Source: Candidatus Omnitrophota bacterium
Lineage (GTDB): Bacteria; Omnitrophota; Gorgyraeia; JAFGHF01
Length of the DNA stretch: 64,000 nucleotides
Reading direction: 5' to 3'
Assembly: GCA_020341815.1 (NCBI GenBank)
Contig: CP070837.1
Span: 1,108,575 to 1,172,574, forward strand
A model generated the notes under the pieces. The model searched no databases. It was not told the origin of the DNA and was given only the letters and a program-made list of their open reading frames with translations. Made by a program: the position numbers and the translations under genes. Below, piece after piece: positions 63,001 through 64,000 of the stretch (position 1 is its first letter; every line of letters starts with the position of its first letter).

Positions 63001-64000
63001 GTGAGATTAATTCGGGAATGTCCGGAGGCCTGGATATTTTACAACATATAGGGACCAGTACTGCATTGTTACGAAAACATATGGGTGATGCTCAAGTAGG
63101 GCATTTTTCGAAAGATAACTTTAAAGGGTATAAACTTGCCTACATAACAGATAATCGTGAAAAGATGTTGCAATTAATTACTGATTTATTAATAGGACAA
63201 GACGGAAGAACAGCCGCTGTCCGTTCTATAATGGAAAATATTCTGGATCAAAGACGTAAAGCAAAAGTAGAGTTTGTAAGTTGTAATGACAATCCATCTT
63301 CATATGAATATAAGAGGGGATGGATGAGGGCCAATAGCGTGACTGTAGCGCAATTATTTAATTTGAGTTCGGCATTAGGTATTGATGCGGAGCAGGGGTT
63401 AAATCAGGAAATTTTGAAGTTACTTGCATTATTTTCTCCTGTTTCTTCTTTTGATTTGGAAAACTGGAGAAGGTATGCGCGAGAAGTAAACAGGATGTAC
63501 CATAACGTTTCTTTAGGTGTTAATGAAGATTTTGCTCAATCTTTGACAATTGCTGAATATAGTCCTGAAATGCTTTGGTCGACATTAATCCATGAGGTAA
63601 AATTAGAAAAAGGTATTAATGCGCCGATTTTTAAACACACTTTAAAACAGGCGCAAAATAAAAAATATTTAGATTCTCCCTTAGCTTTTCCTATGGATTC
63701 CTTATTGTTGGAGCTAAAAAGAGAGGAAGACGGGCGCTTGCATAAATCTCCAAACAGAATGGCAAAGCGCGCTTTATTTGAAATAATGGTAGGACATTCT
63801 TTAACCAACATAAAATATAGAGAGTATTTGCAGGTTTACGAAAGCATAAGTAATGTTTCTCCTATATATAAAAGAGCAATTAAAAAGATGCCTATTTCGG
63901 TCTTGCTGGCAGGAGATATTTCTAACACTTATCATTACCTATTAAATTCAAATTATCTTCCTAAGAGAAGCAAAGAGTATAAAGCATTGCAAGAAGCTAT
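48060..64000 (+). CDS. Giant secreted protein, >5,300 aa, 3'-truncated by the window (not in ORF track)
   Basis: ATG 48060 follows the previous stop by 1 nt. Every stretch translated by hand was stop-free, including the last line (...PKRSKEYKALQEA). The ORF track lists no closed ORF in this frame. Contains signal-like KKWLKIVACIVIAAFLHQDIVWA, TPRs and SecA-like motifs. Confidence 0.88.
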   Translation, partial: MEKDKPDAQLNRRRKKGEKAEGRSLRDTGLSLWFDPYHKKWLKIVACIVIAAFLHQDIVWAAGPEGIEDLKLMFERPARRVMERIASLFTIKDAYAFDCNYRDNAPTSTSGWGGTDYGFAVQQIRNNPQYNQVSMPDNFPVISPSLGFLGMSKDLMNPSGYYPGISPDPSSGPLLPLSIPHQVITQNGYIFNCQVPYPGTNGPVKLESIEKWTSGLGKINYFPSAGIGKVYNISQEEIGKFNTFEKICNVYDGNEYGGFNSSYLTQSLYNYYPVASAYNFADSHLNNPFTQMNFYNNNNEWRASLTRDNTKSFLWQGQGLLNNHSAVMDVFGKTSNVCVAPNEKIDWHANRATVSFSDGGSWKQEINLGARYKEARGGFLGIGREHIKTEISSGIAAGSYYNPQGKFEFGSLVSPYASSNQAIDALASYSQRQTKGKKTIFEQENRPGRMYVEFDGRGNIKAYAKINDAQFRTFEKFSPNLIATGSGGGGISNKQLPYTVASYARENKTNIFNAEGNNIGEFSRQLVFELKGLNSTRKNTLEFNAESGVFALERGLSGKNYIFDKGNAVVLNNNNIIGGFNLSEKAPEVIGVITKDIRFNGFDLASPGLLPDSWKQKLTAEKDAGLFLGEDLGHGVKRIGVAGLTDERGLVGISTPESTTFSAPTPQAPGGFASLSPQRKIAEVIENARAGKSDVTLNVTPDSGLKLPFESTLYFPLSGGNPFEQGNVTFANPSNLSNDIIAGVKVMDALKVDTLTIKTGFEPDFLAENPLVYEAKYQLKDPGIGLLQRTYTKEGLYFAPKKKGDSITVSNRRKFQGEGALVWDVNGEFSATFQKMDSDEIIKKTLPHGFVSVKELGEKASYLQDMVPLSADLSKSLQKPVLSDAYNAKGEKVGPQGVGNITAQLVNSQKEAVYRAEFVENKEGYLISPRLEEKGASPLAASSQETPYLENMPTIEVASALKFNPDDEHASIMAVDKLYMQLGFNQFGEFFARPFLNNVAIANKTDEKILWANREIEGKKEKLLWLPADEYKVTNKKENVSDDDEYSIKAENETINITNPLIHFGPDGSEHTSLTEKMSLFERTLSGEFSAITPIKEMSLVVGEEEGIQQLEEEISYSENGIKRTYSSEEIEVYAKLTPGGGFYHYLKGHDAKGELGKGTYTESYNNKTLENEGAYTTIVEGDLRIQGIDEAFRVLPEKGSGGQGKPIVERVEVEVTKAFAEIDNVLIGRATSGKLSADFKPFMGANGEDYLNPLFDARGVTEKIIIGAKDKLFHYLREEEETGFVGNPYDEEVSFVVNHPYDTNAIEISNIQKGETDDLELYQIRTSLIYGPVTQATRNLVVKGGLIDDKESKTYIKAQEREDTVVDGVAKEHNFAPDKWHELISQDTYSTSPLWLSIKDPDSEEVFLLEYPFSKVYSARSVPVGEAERIVIDFSEVEKAAGQKDASLALINYIKAKVANVADKALEECSKDLPLSVRQEIAQYLRKAVAELPTVLNDFIQQRAHLQLFAKVIEAKNPDFAKWLLNNKFGAELREKLLTLTLLAQTPYLRPSPDNSCVAITALFAVLDEKLGPANLLFNGAVIWDSPNPEKDQPGHIAPQFANFFKPGSPIFVFEGAYRKSGNFNLIHPVTGNYYGKKFGPAWVLNENGEQVFITAGTTYAQGLKGVPYYWGLTNNFFGEKALGIVAERLKTKENRESAVSALYYLALNSPMSASNKKGIEILLEAKDASPAKLNRFFVSTFRGKYSFGFMGLPDKSTSFSSYGSPVVHTDENGVIIDKETMAFIFTCKEAERYSKEILYMQLSGVKKQLGEALEDMSVEEQTEAIREKITEYYVVGPEDNEVLEAITPDITDFLRAEGSEEKEWDAVSEMVGKIDGPLFDFKQIVMHATREGNEGKVVASLEKDGNKHITEDYVVTLTEGLINPSAESKLPAFNMSKFETASGSLPAPTKSKEGKQGKENRPEGDYELAVQKLFFGEETSPWTNLYTLLKGKVAFGPEWFYVASGYLDEGSSITYKAAKGTTFAHPFLGPVALEKANKIKVTYAKEEGNIVPTTLFSKKGEIAPYLPLIELAQSQPREGESQKEFYLRAWHGGKWTVDKEKQDGKDYNVYYPKKDVSLGVSGAMVLSNEGPVYYSPEKVYYHKSNIKGLEGMIATFKADSVWDEGSFNLVDANLKNLPSMKFDVFLPQFDKNSKPALSVEERDLRLIGLTFEEYDANPTHGPRTEMGFNDLQEEIFARLCASASIEKRDLDLIGLTFEEYDANPTHGPRTETGFKALQMETFARLYALIQPPSVSIPEQTGKRPYTDEALEFAAEQVTFLNLSSNPARAHGKVSRAAFINRPLSYLISAAGVVPTSLNFIMKGPLNDQGRHRYSFSKIAPNYNQHSGAAVIYTYIYPVDANGNRVENMEDWYPQVYPGFYASSGKFYFGNGQWTGNEGNARGFHYTYSKENNFESIVGLKYVQQLDGLPVTGAYRMQEHDVPIVKGMPVSVKGDEIYYNGAGDVYLNANKTHFDLYAQGEQTGFSGIVVTENKTLSEADEERIRGALINAAIFPKDGGFFSQALLNFGEGGIYHPVVNVKGESKNIYPELTLGEIAAGFSENGVYNFTGLKDYRTQTGFAFTSPIATGTPRQHALSPYFKSLAINIPGGKTLEVGDNTLVGKVVFDEDGKITDGVLMNKASDASVLYQYLCDELVAELAPKIGTRFEDLMDEKTFSEELKRQLGYKENKLISAFLYIPRFLGYAPSRKDILDAKYVGPLANGINNILVFREDAIFDKQFIVVIGQDSKIMVREIFGEIKPGILTPSLLRIVDEWNLSPDRHHIIDVTKGDFIYVPEEGIDLGDGYRLFPDTLFSDEKILAPTADGVEEVEYLGGKYYFAGHKLSELGPAYYYDYAIRPRDKTTARLLGRIIKKGDPDFELVMGESKTIDGVEFSLDMENNFLLKKGEKTYRVANGGINLYKIEDKKIKQDYALKSGSKMLVTEESNVYLMDEKGDIEYYGNLANLPDGTILYSPDNIFKFEVEQHGSWFGGPELIFAGINRPDKLKSEMDGYTFLNVAGIFKNDAHRALYKYMQVKNKTVFKSDNLARYKWFLQGDEGEETGFKIESESMLTQINSSAYLIASLEKAVKAGKIDGATAYKVLYNTLPEGVVRAAFSPSDLKVIDRGDYIDMGVKLGVTALVLLPGMAAQHVMAAKLLSIGKAAAKETAATVFAQQALTPTALAFQTLGVLGAGGAIFFTADNVLSLSFRGRLLRGKEAAQSVVDGIGAAGLTLGISQLAGAAYLNRYVLGLGGVEALAENQQAANQLAEFLYSHTTKAAGTNKVATMIGDKHFANVLFGDGLCGSLAQSFSNTWLGKYTMLSIPKILANSVVFSTSFFKNTAYEGPAVFAAMVGPSFTLIGAPFNYVRNRPIWGVNPYTGAPQSLAPALWRSFWSSGKHGIYGGHLITALWNPGINSGGYFEWLGYHMGLFERTYKHLELLGSPMNVKEFIAKDLATLAKDALAVNRFITLPGTFSGFLSSMDKFAMFAFNTTLGEIAINELLQNVVPLHKWYYKWAHGKDLPYYEEAQVRDVWASAGGYWLALLFPHGPNDPVFAAYNKPALKPMKKGLKALNQKDYSKAEKYFSEAAKWSPLNAQIHNYLGAAQQGAGYTDQAIGSFNTAAKLAAKSTQPGSAKLQDNAEYARLNLRAQNALKDGKFKQAERLYQKAIKKNPEAGENHYNLAIAQMNLHRPADAVKDSFAKAAQLAYKAGNKELRDGAISNYLKVKASADYAGAEKWLTKAARISPTAENYELLGDIQLGAEKIKEAKASYTMALEILRRTNGKGDFGLRLKGKVLLVGNINPSDSSPLGKKIKKAKIDLHKANTQGNPAVVGDKGIGKGDKGSQDILQAIEFAYKHLDDTILNPQGSNYTPKMKIFGGINPQQAKDNPALVAKEKKAVAAAGLRNRVTQGLQVTNTQPIIILPNYNPLTKILGGINGNDAQKNPELARKEKELAAREEARRFFQSCHNLMGDKTKKYSVDMEKVQIEAALILTKPIGENNRGPYTNVNNAGGKTFIVTESQLYLMLRYGYNAIILTANDTLSPAYTDEDSAPGMRYSQRDFVQKIGEQFGRNISIEDLDVLYKKIHMLESKGDIKGAKEAVKQMAEILANRDILKVISTTTRGYLEHMAEGYLGEIPGLSDALNMLKNPDNSTSIMVDEIDQIGTENRQFTVSSKSNPLKEGTAEQLRTKELTEQAFNLAQESIKANEFKMVNLLESQEGQESYEELASKGILTGYMDGMAGTGNITSGRLLLSKAVFEKFNQYPKGLVQSVFEGIFYTFGSKDFLTLHQDADGALRLVAAVEQGKADSNLIQSNLARTIAATLQYNAEHGDYLLNRYGKLLEVDDINITTQTSRRSSALVQFHGARVAGITASPRSAGPVLESKLGLQYIGQEAVSAEGTPLPDNIKFKVVGKIDAETLADEIQTLSDARGTLILFPETNSVNHTNHEFNKLGKETKIFNSEQAKEMRRSKGDIIISGPEAGRGVDFTDNPDVIINNGHLVPREEITHWVYRTNRNQELLQQGQKGKVIIIMEKDSLEEMFSKGEAKLKELAKNGEGADLFPSDLFDGVEKGVSTKDTLTKIQNNPDSAESQKLARALWEKAGRYAEAIKVSQSADKAIANQYYESRISEPLQFYRSEGFSEGDVKFAVHMINRIERGEYSDVPELKDSLLSRAERIRLLSEASWKQTVRLFQDMLALQIGGKGLSDEGKLLIEAELTFAEQQMSNEATQYGHLSLVPKDWNAWRSPVPRASQFRTPDGAVDIDKFIQASSLIHNDILIIAKNLGKKVVPSRIVESNLGDNVSSAIGNSAEKVMPELRSNADQPKIPTQSEDLLRRMDKAMVKNRPADYDQKKADIKEWLDKSGSSDDIVFPGIVRGVAALTRASKEERKDINKGLKEIDPLTGITPLSEDGRVTMLEAFEFMKGLMDAGTLNMSEINSGMSGGLDILQHIGTSTALLRKHMGDAQVGHFSKDNFKGYKLAYITDNREKMLQLITDLLIGQDGRTAAVRSIMENILDQRRKAKVEFVSCNDNPSSYEYKRGWMRANSVTVAQLFNLSSALGIDAEQGLNQEILKLLALFSPVSSFDLENWRRYAREVNRMYHNVSLGVNEDFAQSLTIAEYSPEMLWSTLIHEVKLEKGINAPIFKHTLKQAQNKKYLDSPLAFPMDSLLLELKREEDGRLHKSPNRMAKRALFEIMVGHSLTNIKYREYLQVYESISNVSPIYKRAIKKMPISVLLAGDISNTYHYLLNSNYLPKRSKEYKALQEA
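54681..54879 (+). repeat. In-frame tandem duplication, period 138 nt (46 aa)
   Basis: A 61-bp identical core at 54681-54741 and 54819-54879 (LIGLTFEEYDANPTHGPRTE). Confidence 0.9.

Noticed and set aside
63585-63610. LIHEVKLE as a zincin motif in the giant protein
   Set aside because: The second His of HExxH is absent.

Overview
All genes in this bacterial window lie on the + strand. The gene content and the style of the very large secreted proteins suggest Candidatus Omnitrophota (OP3); this is inference only. Bases 1-25.7 kb are mostly housekeeping: a 5'-truncated NYN gene, nagA-glmS-rsmI, a 1217-aa mosaic secreted protein, a PyrR-attenuated pyr operon interleaved with nuclease/repair genes and tRNA-Arg(CCG), a complete F1Fo ATP synthase operon with a Na+-type c subunit, and four more tRNAs. 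Bases 25.7-64 kb form one large Tad/Flp (type IVc) pilus locus. It encodes a MerR-type HTH, a PrsA/SurA-type foldase, CpaB, a secretin fused to a TonB C-terminal domain, a TadZ-TadA fusion, DUF192 and an apparently dead transposase-derived protein. A variant c-di-GMP-I (GEMM) riboswitch follows, leading 15 prepilin-like genes (two missing from the ORF track), tadB, tadC and a 1480-aa secreted protein. The locus ends in a giant ORF from 48060 that runs off the window edge (>5,300 aa). It is absent from the ORF track, apparently because it has no stop in the window, and carries a hydrophobic region, TPRs and a degenerate SecA-like ATPase domain. The best candidate for an undescribed system is this riboswitch-gated Tad/multi-pilin/giant-protein unit, possibly for prey or host contact. 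All domain calls come from motifs read by eye; no database searches were run.
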